Made by a program: the position numbers and the translations under genes. Positions 10,135 to 22,633 of a stretch of 64,000 bases of DNA are shown one piece after another. Source of the stretch: an uncultured Actinomycetota bacterium (lineage in GTDB: Bacteria > Actinomycetota > Actinomycetes > JAHEKZ01); NCBI GenBank assembly GCA_963743915.1, contig CAVURN010000001.1:544001-608000 (forward strand), written 5' to 3'. Within the stretch, counting starts at the first letter, position 1. Each line of letters begins with the position of its first letter. The notes under the pieces are model-generated. The model was given only the letters and a program-made list of their open reading frames with translations. It searched no databases and was not told where the DNA came from.

Positions 10135-10704
10135 GTGGCCGCACGCAAGAACCCGGTCGTCATCGACGATGCCCCGGGGGACGTGGCGGACGTCCCGGTC
10201 CCCGAGCTCGACGACGTCATGACCGATGCGTCCGCCGTCGACGCCGAGCTGCCGTCGGACGAGGGCGATACCGGCGCCGACGCGAGCAGCGACACGCCCG
10301 CCGAAGGTCGGCGCAGGGGTCGGGTCGTGGTGCTGGCGATCGCCGCGGTGCTCGCCGCGTCCGGCGCGATCTGGGCAGCGGGCAGTCTCGGGGAGCCGGA
10401 TCCGCAGGGCCTGCCCCCGGCCATCTCCGACCCGGCCGTCGTCGTGTCGGCACTCGACGCGGGCGGGATCTCCTGCACCGGTTCGGTCGTCAGCGGTGAC
10501 GTTGCCACCTGCAACGCGACCGTGGCGGTCCGTGTGTTCGACTCCGAGGACGCGGCGGACGCCTGGGTCACCGACCTGCTCGACGACCCGCTGACGAGCT
10601 CGGCCTTCGGATGGGTCCAGCACGGCAACGTCGTGGTGTCGGCCCCGCTGAACGCCGCACCGGACGTCGCCGCGGCCCTCGGCCCCGCCGCGACCGTCCG
10701 CTGA
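10135..10704 (+). CDS. Hypothetical single-pass membrane protein
   Basis: GGAGG RBS before GTG 10135; acidic N-terminus, RRRGR plus TM helix, then a domain with two Cys. Confidence 0.65.
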   Translation: MAARKNPVVIDDAPGDVADVPVPELDDVMTDASAVDAELPSDEGDTGADASSDTPAEGRRRGRVVVLAIAAVLAASGAIWAAGSLGEPDPQGLPPAISDPAVVVSALDAGGISCTGSVVSGDVATCNATVAVRVFDSEDAADAWVTDLLDDPLTSSAFGWVQHGNVVVSAPLNAAPDVAAALGPAATVR

Positions 10705-10764
10705 CGAGTCCGACCGTCCGACCGCGCACTCGACCGCTCCCGCCCGCTCGCGCCTCCCGGGTGT

Positions 10765-10786
10765 TGTCAGCAGCGCTGGGTACCGT
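10765..10786 (+). promoter_or_regulatory. PafBC-type (RecA-NDp) DNA-damage promoter, leaderless into sbcD
   Basis: TGTCAG-cagcgctggg(10 nt)-TACCGT fits TGTCRG-N10-TA-N3-T; ATG 7 nt after the -10, no SD. Confidence 0.7.
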
Positions 10787-10792
10787 CCCCAT

Positions 10793-12012
10793 ATGCGGCT
10801 GCTGCACACCTCCGACTGGCACCTGGGACGCGGCCTGCACGGTGTCGACCTGCACGTCGCCCAGCAGCACGTGCTCGACCAGATCGTGGCGCTGGTGGCC
10901 AGTCGCGGCGTCGATGCCGTCCTGATCTGCGGTGACGTGTTCGACCGGGCGGTGCCCCCGGTTTCCGCCGTCCAGCTCTGGGACCGGACGCTCCGCGCAC
11001 TGTGCGAACAGGTGCCCGTCGTCGTCATCCCCGGCAACCACGACTCCGCGCCACGGCTGGGGGTCGGCGCCGACCTGTTCCGGAGCGGCGTCCACGTCGT
11101 GGCCGACGTCGACGCGGTGGGGACGCCGGTGACCCTCCACGACGACCACGGTGCCGTGCGCATCTACCCGGTGCCCTTTCTCGACCCCGACGTGGCCAGG
11201 CACGCGTTGGCGGGGGCGAGTGACACCCCGCTCCCGCGTTCGCACGAGGCGGCGATGGCGGCGGCGATGGCCCGCATCCGTTCCGACCATGCCCGACGCT
11301 CTCAGGACGTCCCGGCGCGCATCGTCGTGATGGCGCACGCCTTCGTCGTGGCCGGAGCGGCCGGCGCGCTCCCCGCGGGCGACGGGGCGGGGGGTGGTGA
11401 GCCCCAGCGCAGCGACAGCGAGCGCGACATCCGGGTCGGTGGCGTCGACAGCGTGCCTGTCGACGTGTTCGACGGCATCGACTACGTGGCCCTCGGCCAC
11501 CTGCATGGCGCCCAGCGGGTCGAGGGGCCGCAGCGCAGCGGACGCGTCCGGTACAGCGGATCCCCCCTGCGCTACTCCTTCAGCGAGGCGGCGCAGCACA
11601 AGCAGGTGGCCATGGTCGATCTCTTGGCCGACGGCTCGGTCGAGGTCGAGACCGTCGAGCTCGAGCAACCCCAGGGGATGTCCGCCGTTGCCGGCTCGCT
11701 CGAGCGCTTGCTCACCGACCCCGGGCTCACCGAGGTCGAGCGGTGCTGGGTCCAGGTGACGGTCACCGACCCCGCCCGACCGCCCCAGATGGTCCCCCGC
11801 GTCAAGGAGCGCTTCCCGGACGCGCTGGTGGTGCGGCATGTCCCCGCCACGGGTCCGCTCGCGACCAGCAGCCATGTCGGCGTCCCGGCGTCCCCACTGG
11901 AAGTCGCCGAGTCGTTCGTGCGCTACGTGACCGGTGGCGACATCACCACCGTCGAGCTCGACGTGTTCCGTGACGCGTACGAGCAGGTGCTCGCGTCGGG
12001 CCGTGAGGCCTG

Positions 12013-12013
<1 letters not shown>
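10793..12013 (+). CDS. sbcD: Exonuclease SbcCD subunit D (Mre11-like)
   Basis: HTSDWHLG, GDVFD, GNHD, YVALGHLH, RYSGSPLRYSFSE. Confidence 0.95.
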
Positions 12014-15020
<3,007 letters not shown>

Positions 15021-15024
<4 letters not shown>

Positions 15025-15782
15025 GCGCCGGCCGACAGACACCACCCCCACGGCTGCGCAGCAAGGTCTCGGCGCAGGAGCGCGCCCTCATCACCGATGC
15101 CGTGGGTCCGCTCGCCGACGACCGTCTGGTGCGCGCCGTGCGCGACGGCCGGGGGCGTGAGTTCCAGCGCTTGGAGTTCCTCGGCGACTCGGTGCTCGAC
15201 CTGGTGCTCGCCGCCCATCGGTGGGTCGAACCGACATGCCGTGCGTGTCGCGACGCCCCGCAGGTGGCCAGTGACCGTCATCTCGCACAGGTCGCCAGAG
15301 CGGCGGGGCTCGGCGCCTGGCTCGAGTGGGACGCCTCCGACGACCGCATCGCCGATCTTGTCGAGACGTGCGTGGCCGCGACCTGGCTCACCGGTCGCTG
15401 GCCACGAGCGGTGGGGTTCGCGGCGAGAGTCGTGCACCCGTTCGGCGACGCCACTGGCCGGCTGCTCGCGGCCGGGGGACAGAGCCTGCCGCCGGGCCGT
15501 GAGGCGCGCAGGGTGGGGGCGGCCGTCCTCGAGCTCGCGGCCGCCTCGGGGTTGTTCGACGAGCTGGCGCTTGCCGACGAAGGTGAGTTGTCGCGTCGAC
15601 GCGCACTGCTCCATGAGGCCGACCAGGTCGCCGCGCGGGTGAGGCAGCGGCAGCAGGTCGGCGGTGACGTGGAGACCGTGGTCAGTCGGGTCGAGGACGC
15701 GCTCGCGGCGCAGCTCGCCGACGTCGGAGCGGATGCCGCGCTCACCGCTGCGCGACCCTTGCTGGGGTTCGCGGGCGGCTAG
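15021..15782 (+). CDS. Tandem RNase III-domain protein (one intact, one degenerate domain; no dsRBD)
   Basis: Domain A: QRLEFLGDSVLDL...LAQVARAAGLG...IADLVETCVAA; domain B: RRVGAAVLELAA..GLFDE..ADEGELSRRRALL...VSRVEDALAAQLADVG; GTGA overlap with sbcC stop. Confidence 0.8.
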
Positions 15783-15792
15783 GCTGCGCGCC

Positions 15793-16647
15793 GTGGCCGA
15801 CTACGTGTACCCACCTGTCATCGCAGCGGTCTCGGGGGCGTTCAAGGCACTCGGCCTGGCGATCCGCGTCGAGGGCGGTCACCACGTGCCCACCAGCGGG
15901 CCGGCGGTGATGGCGTCCAACCACATCAGCCACCTCGACTTCATCTTCGTCGGGCTCGGCGCGCGTGGCTCACGGCGCTACGTGCGTTTCATGGCGAAGG
16001 AGTCGATCTTCGCCCACCGGGTCGCCGGGCCGCTGATGCGCGGCATGCACCACATCTCGGTGGACCGCGAGGCAGGACTGCAGAGCTTTCGCGACGCGAT
16101 GGCTGCCCTGAAGGCGGGGGAGGTCGTCGGGCTCTTTCCCGAGGCCACTATCAGCCGGTCGTTCGAGCCCAAGGAGTTCAAGTCCGGCGCCGAGCGGCTT
16201 GCCAAGGCGACCAAGGCGCCACTGATCCCGGTCGCGGTGTGGGGCAGCCAACGCCTGTGGACGTACGACGAGCGGGCCACTCTCCGGCAGCGTGGCGTGC
16301 CGGTGAGCATCTACGTCGGAGAGCCGATCGATCCGACGCTGCGCGGCGAGGCGGCCAGCGACGAGCTGCGAGCCCGCGTGATCGAGCTGGTGCGCCGCGC
16401 CCAGGACGAGTACCCCGAGCCGGGCACCGGTCAGTGGTGGCAGCCGACCCGTCTCGGTGGCACGGCACCGCCCCCCGGCGACTTCGACGAGCGGCGCGCC
16501 CGACACCTGCAGGCCCGCCAACGCCAGGACCGCCACGGTCACGCCGCAGGACGCCTGGGATCGGGGCGGTCCAGCGGCGGTGGGGCTCAGGTCAGGCGGC
16601 CCCACCGATCGGGCCGGCGTGCGCAGCCTCGTCCTTGCTCACCTTGA
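15793..16647 (+). CDS. Lysophospholipid acyltransferase (PlsC family); 3' end uncertain
   Basis: SNHISHLD (HX4D), FMAKES, FPEATISRSF; the tail overlaps the convergent MFS gene and may be extended by a frameshift. Confidence 0.85.
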   Translation: MADYVYPPVIAAVSGAFKALGLAIRVEGGHHVPTSGPAVMASNHISHLDFIFVGLGARGSRRYVRFMAKESIFAHRVAGPLMRGMHHISVDREAGLQSFRDAMAALKAGEVVGLFPEATISRSFEPKEFKSGAERLAKATKAPLIPVAVWGSQRLWTYDERATLRQRGVPVSIYVGEPIDPTLRGEAASDELRARVIELVRRAQDEYPEPGTGQWWQPTRLGGTAPPPGDFDERRARHLQARQRQDRHGHAAGRLGSGRSSGGGAQVRRPHRSGRRAQPRPCSP

Positions 16648-18160
16648 TGGCGAACAGCGTGATGAAGAAGGCGAGGATCATCAGGCCCGCCGACACCTGG
16701 AACGCCGCGGTCCAGCCGTCGACGGTCGCGGTCACCGTGGCGGCCTGGACCTGCTGCTCCGTGGGCTGGGCTCCGCCGGAGACGATCGCGGTCAGGGCGT
16801 CGTCGAGGTTGGTCGACAGCACCGTCACGAAGACGGTCGTCAACGCCGCCAGACCGATCGAGCCACCGATCTGCTGGCTGGTGTTGAGCACGCCCGACGC
16901 GATGCCGGCGTCCCCTTCGTCGATCTGCGACACGGCGGCCAGCGTCAGCGGCATGAAGGTGAAGCCCATGCCGAGCGCGAAGACCACCATCGGGCCGAGC
17001 AGTCCGGTGACGTAGGTGGAGTCGGGCTCGATCTGGGCGAGCCAGATCATGCCCACCGAGGCCAGAGCGGTACCGAGCAGGGCCAGAGGCTTGGCCCCGA
17101 CCCGGGTGATCACCTGGGACGCGGTGCCGGCCGACAGGATGATGCAGACGCTGACCGGAAGGAAGGCGAAGCCGGCCTGGATCGGGCTGTAGCCCAGGAT
17201 CTCCTGCACGAACTGCGTGAGGTAGAAGAACATTCCGAACATGCCCGCCCCGATGATGAGCATGACGCCGTAGGCGCCCGCCCGGTTGCGGTTCTCGAAG
17301 ATGCGGAGCGGCATCAGGGCATGCCGGCTGCGGGCCTCGAGGATGAGGAACACGACGAGCAGGACCACTGACACGCCGATGAGCGCCAGGTTGGTGCTGT
17401 CGGTCCATGCAGCAGTGGCCGGCGAGTCGACGCCCGCGGTCGCGTTCTCGCCGATGTCGGTGGCGATGCGGGTGAGGCTGTAGACCAGCAGGGCCAGTCC
17501 GGCCGTGGCGGTGATCGCGCCGGGCAGGTCGAACTTGCCGGTGTGGCGCTCGGTCTCGTGCAGCGCCCGCGGGGCGACGAGCGCGATGAAGATGCCGATC
17601 GGGACGTTGACGAACATGACCCAACGCCAGTCGATCTCGGTGAGGAACCCACCGAGGATCAGGCCAACCGCTGCGCCCGCGCCCGACATGGCGGCATAGA
17701 CGCCCATGGCCCGGTTGCGCTCCTTGCCCTCGGGGAACTCGGTGGCGATCAGCGACAGGGCGGTCGGTGCAGCGATGGCGGCGCCCAGGCCCTGGAGGGC
17801 GCGGAAGGCCAGCAGCGACCCTTCGCTCCAGGCGAAGCCCCCGCCGAGCGAGCCGATGGAGAAGAGCCAGATGCCGAAGATGAAGACCCGGCGGCGTCCG
17901 AGGATGTCACCGGCACGTCCGCCGAGCAGCAGGAACCCGCCGAAGGCGAGCGTGTAGGCGGTGAGTACCCACTGCAGGTTGGCCGGCGTGAAGCCGAGGT
18001 CCTCCTGGATGCTCGGCAGCGCGATGTTCACGATCGTCGCGTCGAGCACCACCATGAGCTGAGCGGTGCAGATGACCACCAGCGCGAGCGCCAAGTTCTG
18101 TGCCGGGGCGATGTGGTGCTCCTCGGCCCCTTCGGTGGTGGTGCGGTCGGGGGTGGACAT
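16592..18160 (-). CDS. MFS drug:H+ antiporter (DHA2, EmrB/QacA-like)
   Basis: LDATIVNIALPSI, GGRAGDILGRRR, RALQGLG, WRWVMFVNVPIG, about 14 TM; start MSTPDR at 18160. Confidence 0.92.
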   Translation of the reverse strand: MSTPDRTTTEGAEEHHIAPAQNLALALVVICTAQLMVVLDATIVNIALPSIQEDLGFTPANLQWVLTAYTLAFGGFLLLGGRAGDILGRRRVFIFGIWLFSIGSLGGGFAWSEGSLLAFRALQGLGAAIAAPTALSLIATEFPEGKERNRAMGVYAAMSGAGAAVGLILGGFLTEIDWRWVMFVNVPIGIFIALVAPRALHETERHTGKFDLPGAITATAGLALLVYSLTRIATDIGENATAGVDSPATAAWTDSTNLALIGVSVVLLVVFLILEARSRHALMPLRIFENRNRAGAYGVMLIIGAGMFGMFFYLTQFVQEILGYSPIQAGFAFLPVSVCIILSAGTASQVITRVGAKPLALLGTALASVGMIWLAQIEPDSTYVTGLLGPMVVFALGMGFTFMPLTLAAVSQIDEGDAGIASGVLNTSQQIGGSIGLAALTTVFVTVLSTNLDDALTAIVSGGAQPTEQQVQAATVTATVDGWTAAFQVSAGLMILAFFITLFAIKVSKDEAAHAGPIGGAA

Positions 18161-18195
18161 GCAACTCCTTGGGTGGGTTGGGGGGAGCGGGTGGG

Positions 18196-18810
18196 CTAGG
18201 AGACGGTGTGGGGCGAACCAGACGTGAGCAGCGGCAGCCAGATCTCGTCGACCAGGCGCGTGAGGTACGCCTCGTCGACGGGGTGCGGGGTGAGCAGGTG
18301 CCGGAACACGAGCATGCCGGGGACGACGTCCACGAGGAACTGAATATCGGTCGCCTCTGACACCTCGCCCCGCCGCTGGGCGCGTCGGACGATCGCCAAG
18401 GCGAGGTCGCGTTTGTGGCTGATGATCTGGCTCTGGAACGCGCGCGCCATCTCCGGGTCGGTGGCGCAGGCCGACACCATGCCGCGAATCACGCAGAGCT
18501 GCTCCTCCGCCCCAGGGCCGTGGGTGCCGAGGAGCAGCGCCAGCAGGTCCCCGCGCAGGGTGCCGGTGTCGGTCGAGGTCTCGTCGGGGGCGTCGCCGAG
18601 CAGCCTGATCGCGTCGACGACGAGGTCTGCCTTGGACGGCCAGTGCCGGTAGAGCGTGGCCTTGCTGGCTCCGGCGCGCCGGGCGACGGCGTCCATCGTC
18701 ATCCGGTCGTAGCCGACCTCCTGCAGCTCGGCCAGGGCGGCTCGAAGGATCTCGCCGTGCCGGCCCGCGTCGAGGCGCCGCAGTCGGGCGGCGACGGCTT
18801 GAGGCGTCAT
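18196..18810 (-). CDS. TetR/AcrR family regulator
   Basis: GYDRMTMDAVARRAGASKATLYRHWPSK HTH; DTGTLRGDL. Confidence 0.92.
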   Translation of the reverse strand: MTPQAVAARLRRLDAGRHGEILRAALAELQEVGYDRMTMDAVARRAGASKATLYRHWPSKADLVVDAIRLLGDAPDETSTDTGTLRGDLLALLLGTHGPGAEEQLCVIRGMVSACATDPEMARAFQSQIISHKRDLALAIVRRAQRRGEVSEATDIQFLVDVVPGMLVFRHLLTPHPVDEAYLTRLVDEIWLPLLTSGSPHTVS

Positions 18811-18845
18811 GGGCGGGGCTCCGGGATGTCAGCAACGAGAACGCA

Positions 18846-18870
18846 GCGAAACGAAACGGTATCGTTTCGC
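18846..18870. promoter_or_regulatory. Putative TetR operator
   Basis: CGAAACG-gtat-CGTTTCG palindrome (18852-18869) with an extra GCGAAACG half-site, upstream of tetR. Confidence 0.6.
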
Positions 18871-18941
18871 AGGGAAACTACTCCGGGGGACTGGCGACGT
18901 CAACCCCCGGCGTGAGGCGCGGCACTGGTTGGATGGCCCGC

Positions 18942-20596
18942 ATGTCATCTCCCGAGCTGGTCTTCGTCGGCGGTCGCCTCTTCACCGGGCTCGGTGTCCG
19001 ACCGAGCCCGGGCGCGGTGGCGGTGACCGGTGGTCGCATCAGTGCCATCGGCAGCGACGCCGACGTGCGCGCCTTGGCGGGATCGGCCACCGAGGTGGTC
19101 GACATCGGCGAGGGGCTGCTCTGTCCGGGCTTCCAGGACGCGCACGTCCACCCGGTCTACGGCGGCACCCAGATGTCGCAGTGCGACCTGCACCACGTCG
19201 TGACCTCCGACGAGAGCGTCGCGACTGTCGCCGCCTACGCGGCCGCTCACCCCGACCTGCCGTGGATCCTCGGCGGCGGGTGGTCGATGGAGGCCTTCCC
19301 CGGCGGCACCCCCACCAAGGAGCTGCTGGACGCGGTGGTGCCGGACCGACCGGTCTTCCTGCCCAACCGTGACGGGCACAGCGGCTGGGTCAACTCGCCG
19401 GCGCTGGCGGCGGCCGGCATCACCCGTGACACCCCAGATCCCGACGACGGAAGGATCGAACGGGACGACGCGGGGGAGCCGACTGGATGCCTGCACGAAG
19501 GCGCGATGGCGCTGGTGAGCCGGCTGGTCCCGCCCCCCACGGACGCCGACTACGACCGCGCGCTCGACCTCGCGCAGGAGTACCTGTTCTCGCTGGGCAT
19601 CACCGGCTGGCAGGACGCGATCGTCGGTGAGGTCAACGGCCGTCCCGACAACCTGCAGGCGTACCTGCGCGGCGACGCCGACGGACGCCTGAAGGCGCGC
19701 GTCGTGGGTGCGCTCTGGTGGGACCGGTCCCGTGGGCTCGACCAGGTGGCCGAGCATGGTCGCACGCCGCGACGCAGGGGCCGGCAACCGGTTCCGCGCG
19801 ACCAGCATCAAGATCATGCAGGACGGCGTCGCCGAGAACTTCACCGGAGCGATGATCTCCCCGTACCTCGACGGCTGCGGCTGCCAGACGGAGAACGCCG
19901 GGTTGTCGTTCGTGGACCCGGAGGTGCTGCGCGAGGCGGTGGTCGCGCTCGACGCCGAAGGCTTCCAGGTGCACTTCCACGTGATCGGCGACCGCGCGGC
20001 CCGCGAGGCGCTGGACAGCATCGAGGCAGCCCGGCGCGCCAACGGCATGAACGACCTGCGCCACCACCTGGCCCACATCCAGGTGATCCACCCGGACGAC
20101 GTTCCACGGTTCGCCGCTCTCGGCGTCGGCGCGAACATGCAGCCCCTGTGGGCCTGTCACGAGCCGCAGATGGACGAGCTCACGATCCCCTTCCTCGGCG
20201 AGCCGCGGTGGCGGTGGCAGTACCCGTTCGGCGACCTCGAGCGGGCGGGTGCGCGGCTGGTCGGCGGCAGCGACTGGTCGGTGAGCAGTCCTGACGTGAT
20301 GTGGGGCGCTCACGTGGCGGTCACCCGGATGCCACCACCGGACGGGGACGACCACTCGGGCAAGGAGCCCTTCCTGCCCGAGCAGGCGATCTCCCTCGAG
20401 TCCGCGCTCACCGCGTACACGCAGGGCTCGGCGTGGGTGAACCACCTCGACGACGTCACCGGGACGCTGGAGGTGGGCAAGTACGCCGACCTCGCGCTGC
20501 TCGAGCGCGACCCGTTCGCGGGTGACTCCGGCGGAGATCGGCACGACCCGCGTGGCCCAGACGTTCGTCGAGGGCGAGCGGGTCTTCGCGCGCTGA
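18942..20596 (+). CDS. Amidohydrolase-3 (YtcJ-like); frameshifts near 19750 and 20530
   Basis: PGFQDAHVH, DGHSGWVNS, KIMQDG, HVIGDRA, GSDWSV, GTLEVGKYADL spread over successive frames. Confidence 0.85.
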
Positions 20597-20643
20597 GCTG
20601 CCCGCTCGGTCAGGACGGGTGACCGTGCGGGACGGGTGACCGA

Positions 20644-21492
20644 TCAGGTCAGCAGATCCGTGAGCCATCCGGGACCGACGACGGACGCACGTCCGTGTCC
20701 GACGTCGCCGACGCGTCGACGCAGCTCGCGGTCGCTGGTCACCACGACGATGTCGGTGTCCGCCGCGGCCAGTGCGGAGACAGCCGCGACCACCGCGTCG
20801 TCCCCCGACCCAGGTGCACGCACCGTCGTCACCCCCTTGGGCAGGGACGCCTCGCGGGCCTGACCCTCGACGACGACGTGCAGCGTCGTGACGACGCCGA
20901 CCCGGTCGCCGACGTGGACCGTCGATGTGCGCAGCGGAGCGAGCTCGGCACCCCAGCGCTCTGCCGCGCCGCGCCGGTCCTTCCACCAGCCGTCAGGTCG
21001 TGAGCCCATGACGTTGGCGAGATCCACGACCACCGCGAGTGGGCCGAGCCTGACCCGCGGCCACGTGTGCCCGAAGCCGGGATGGAGCGGCAACGCGTCG
21101 ACCCGCGTGACCGGCACCCACTCGAGGGCGGCCGACTCGTCGTTGGGCACGGTGTCGAGCGCGGTGACGGCGTCGCCGTACACCGTCGTGTAGCTCCAGC
21201 CGCCGTGGTCGTCGACGAAGGTGTGGCGCGTCCTCACCTGTGTCACGTCGAGGGCGGTCTCCTCGGAGGCCTCACGCAGCGCGGCCTGCTCGACCGTCTC
21301 GTGGCTGTCCCGCGCTCCGCCGGGCAACCCCCAGGTTCCGCCGTGGTGGCACCAGTCGGCGCGGTGCTGCAGGAGCAGGCGCAGAACCCCGTCGTCGTCG
21401 ACGGAGTGGACGAGCAGGCCGGCCGCTCCGTGCCGGCCCCAGTGACGGTGGCCCTGGTCGCACTCGACCCAGCCGTTGCCGTCGCGTTCCAC
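20644..21492 (-). CDS. Nudix hydrolase fused to NYN/YacP-like PIN domain
   Basis: Nudix box GGARDSHETVEQAALREASEET; C-terminal VVDLANVMGSRPDGWW...GSGDD...VVTSDRELRRRV. Confidence 0.8.
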   Translation of the reverse strand: MERDGNGWVECDQGHRHWGRHGAAGLLVHSVDDDGVLRLLLQHRADWCHHGGTWGLPGGARDSHETVEQAALREASEETALDVTQVRTRHTFVDDHGGWSYTTVYGDAVTALDTVPNDESAALEWVPVTRVDALPLHPGFGHTWPRVRLGPLAVVVDLANVMGSRPDGWWKDRRGAAERWGAELAPLRTSTVHVGDRVGVVTTLHVVVEGQAREASLPKGVTTVRAPGSGDDAVVAAVSALAAADTDIVVVTSDRELRRRVGDVGHGRASVVGPGWLTDLLT

Positions 21493-21546
21493 GCCTCCTG
21501 GCTATCACGCCCATGCTCGGCCCACCACCAAGGGCACCGCTCGGGG

Positions 21547-21967
21547 CTACTGGTGCAGGTCCCACCAGAGGGTGGCCGCGGCTACGGGTGCCTCGAGCTC
21601 CGGCCGACCGGTACGTGGCGATGGCCGGTTCGTCCCCAGCCTCGACCGGCACCCACATCCCGGAGCACCCGCGCTCGCGGGCGAGCTCGGCGAGGGCAGT
21701 GACCAGGGCGCGGCCGATGCCCTGACGGCGATCGGGCTCGTCGACGCCCAGCTCATACAGCAGCATCTCGGTCGGCTTGTCCGGGTGGGCGACCTCGATG
21801 CCCGAGACGAACCCGACGGCTCGCCCCTCGCGTTCGGCGAGCAGCAGGTGGTGTCCCTCCCGGGAGAGGAAGTCGTCGGTTGCCGTGGTCGTGGGGGGAT
21901 GGTCGAAGAGGTGGCCGGCGGCCAGCACGACGGCGGTCTCACCGGTGCCGACGCGGACGATGCGCAC
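21547..21967 (-). CDS. GNAT N-acetyltransferase; frameshift near 21600
   Basis: LYELGVDEPDRRQGIGRALV, AIATYRSAG; plausible C-terminus (AATLWWDL*) in the adjacent frame. Confidence 0.8.
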
Positions 21968-21995
21968 GCCGGAAGGGTAGCCGGGTCTCGTTCTC

Positions 21996-22037
21996 TAGAC
22001 TACAAAGAACCCTTTGCAAAGGTTCCTTTGTGGTCTA
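21996..22037. promoter_or_regulatory. 42-bp imperfect palindrome, putative operator of the adjacent winged-helix regulator
   Basis: TAGACTACAAAGAACCCTTTG|CAAAGGTTCCTTTGTGGTCTA, 18/21 arm match; two tandem CAAAG-N4-CTTTG units. Confidence 0.7.
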
Positions 22038-22048
22038 CCCTGGGAGGC

Positions 22049-22633
22049 ATGAGCCGACCCGACCCCACGTCGACGTACGAGGTGGACGACGCCCGCGCGC
22101 TCCGCGCCCTGGCCCACCCCCTGCGCGCACGGCTGCTCGGCGAGCTCCGCCTCCGCGGAACGGCGACCGCCTCCGAGCTCGGCCGCCGGCTGGGCGAGTC
22201 GAGCGGGGCCACGAGCTACCACCTGCGTCAGCTCGAACGCTTCGGCTTCGTGGCCGAGAGTGACGAGCAGCCGTCGCGCCGCGAGCGTGTCTGGCAGGCG
22301 TTGCACGCGTCGACGCGGCTGGACCCGTCGCGATTTACCGGCGAGGGCGTAGGTGAGCTCGACGACTTCACCGCGATGAGGCTGGGTCGTCTCGTCGAGC
22401 TGGCCGAGCGCTGGCCGGGTGAGCGGACGCAATGGTCGCCGGAGTGGGTGTCGGCCAGCGGGCTGAGCGACGCCGTGGCCCGCCTGTCGCCAGAAGCGGC
22501 TCGACAGCTGCACGACGGTCTCGGCGACCTGCTGGAGCGCCTGGAGCAGGAGTCGGCAGGCGCGGAGGACACCGCCTGGGTGACCGTTCACCTCCACTCG
22601 GTCCCTCGCCGCGACGACGAGGCCGCCTCATGA
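22049..22633 (+). CDS. ArsR-like winged helix-turn-helix regulator
   Basis: LRALAHPLRARLLGEL...TASELGRRLGESSGATSYHLRQLERFGFV; GGAGG RBS. Confidence 0.88.
   Translation: MSRPDPTSTYEVDDARALRALAHPLRARLLGELRLRGTATASELGRRLGESSGATSYHLRQLERFGFVAESDEQPSRRERVWQALHASTRLDPSRFTGEGVGELDDFTAMRLGRLVELAERWPGERTQWSPEWVSASGLSDAVARLSPEAARQLHDGLGDLLERLEQESAGAEDTAWVTVHLHSVPRRDDEAAS

Noticed and set aside
20606-20642. Short direct repeat GGACGGGTGACCG x2
   Set aside because: Only two copies in a small convergent spacer; not CRISPR-like. No CRISPR array or cas gene was seen anywhere in the window
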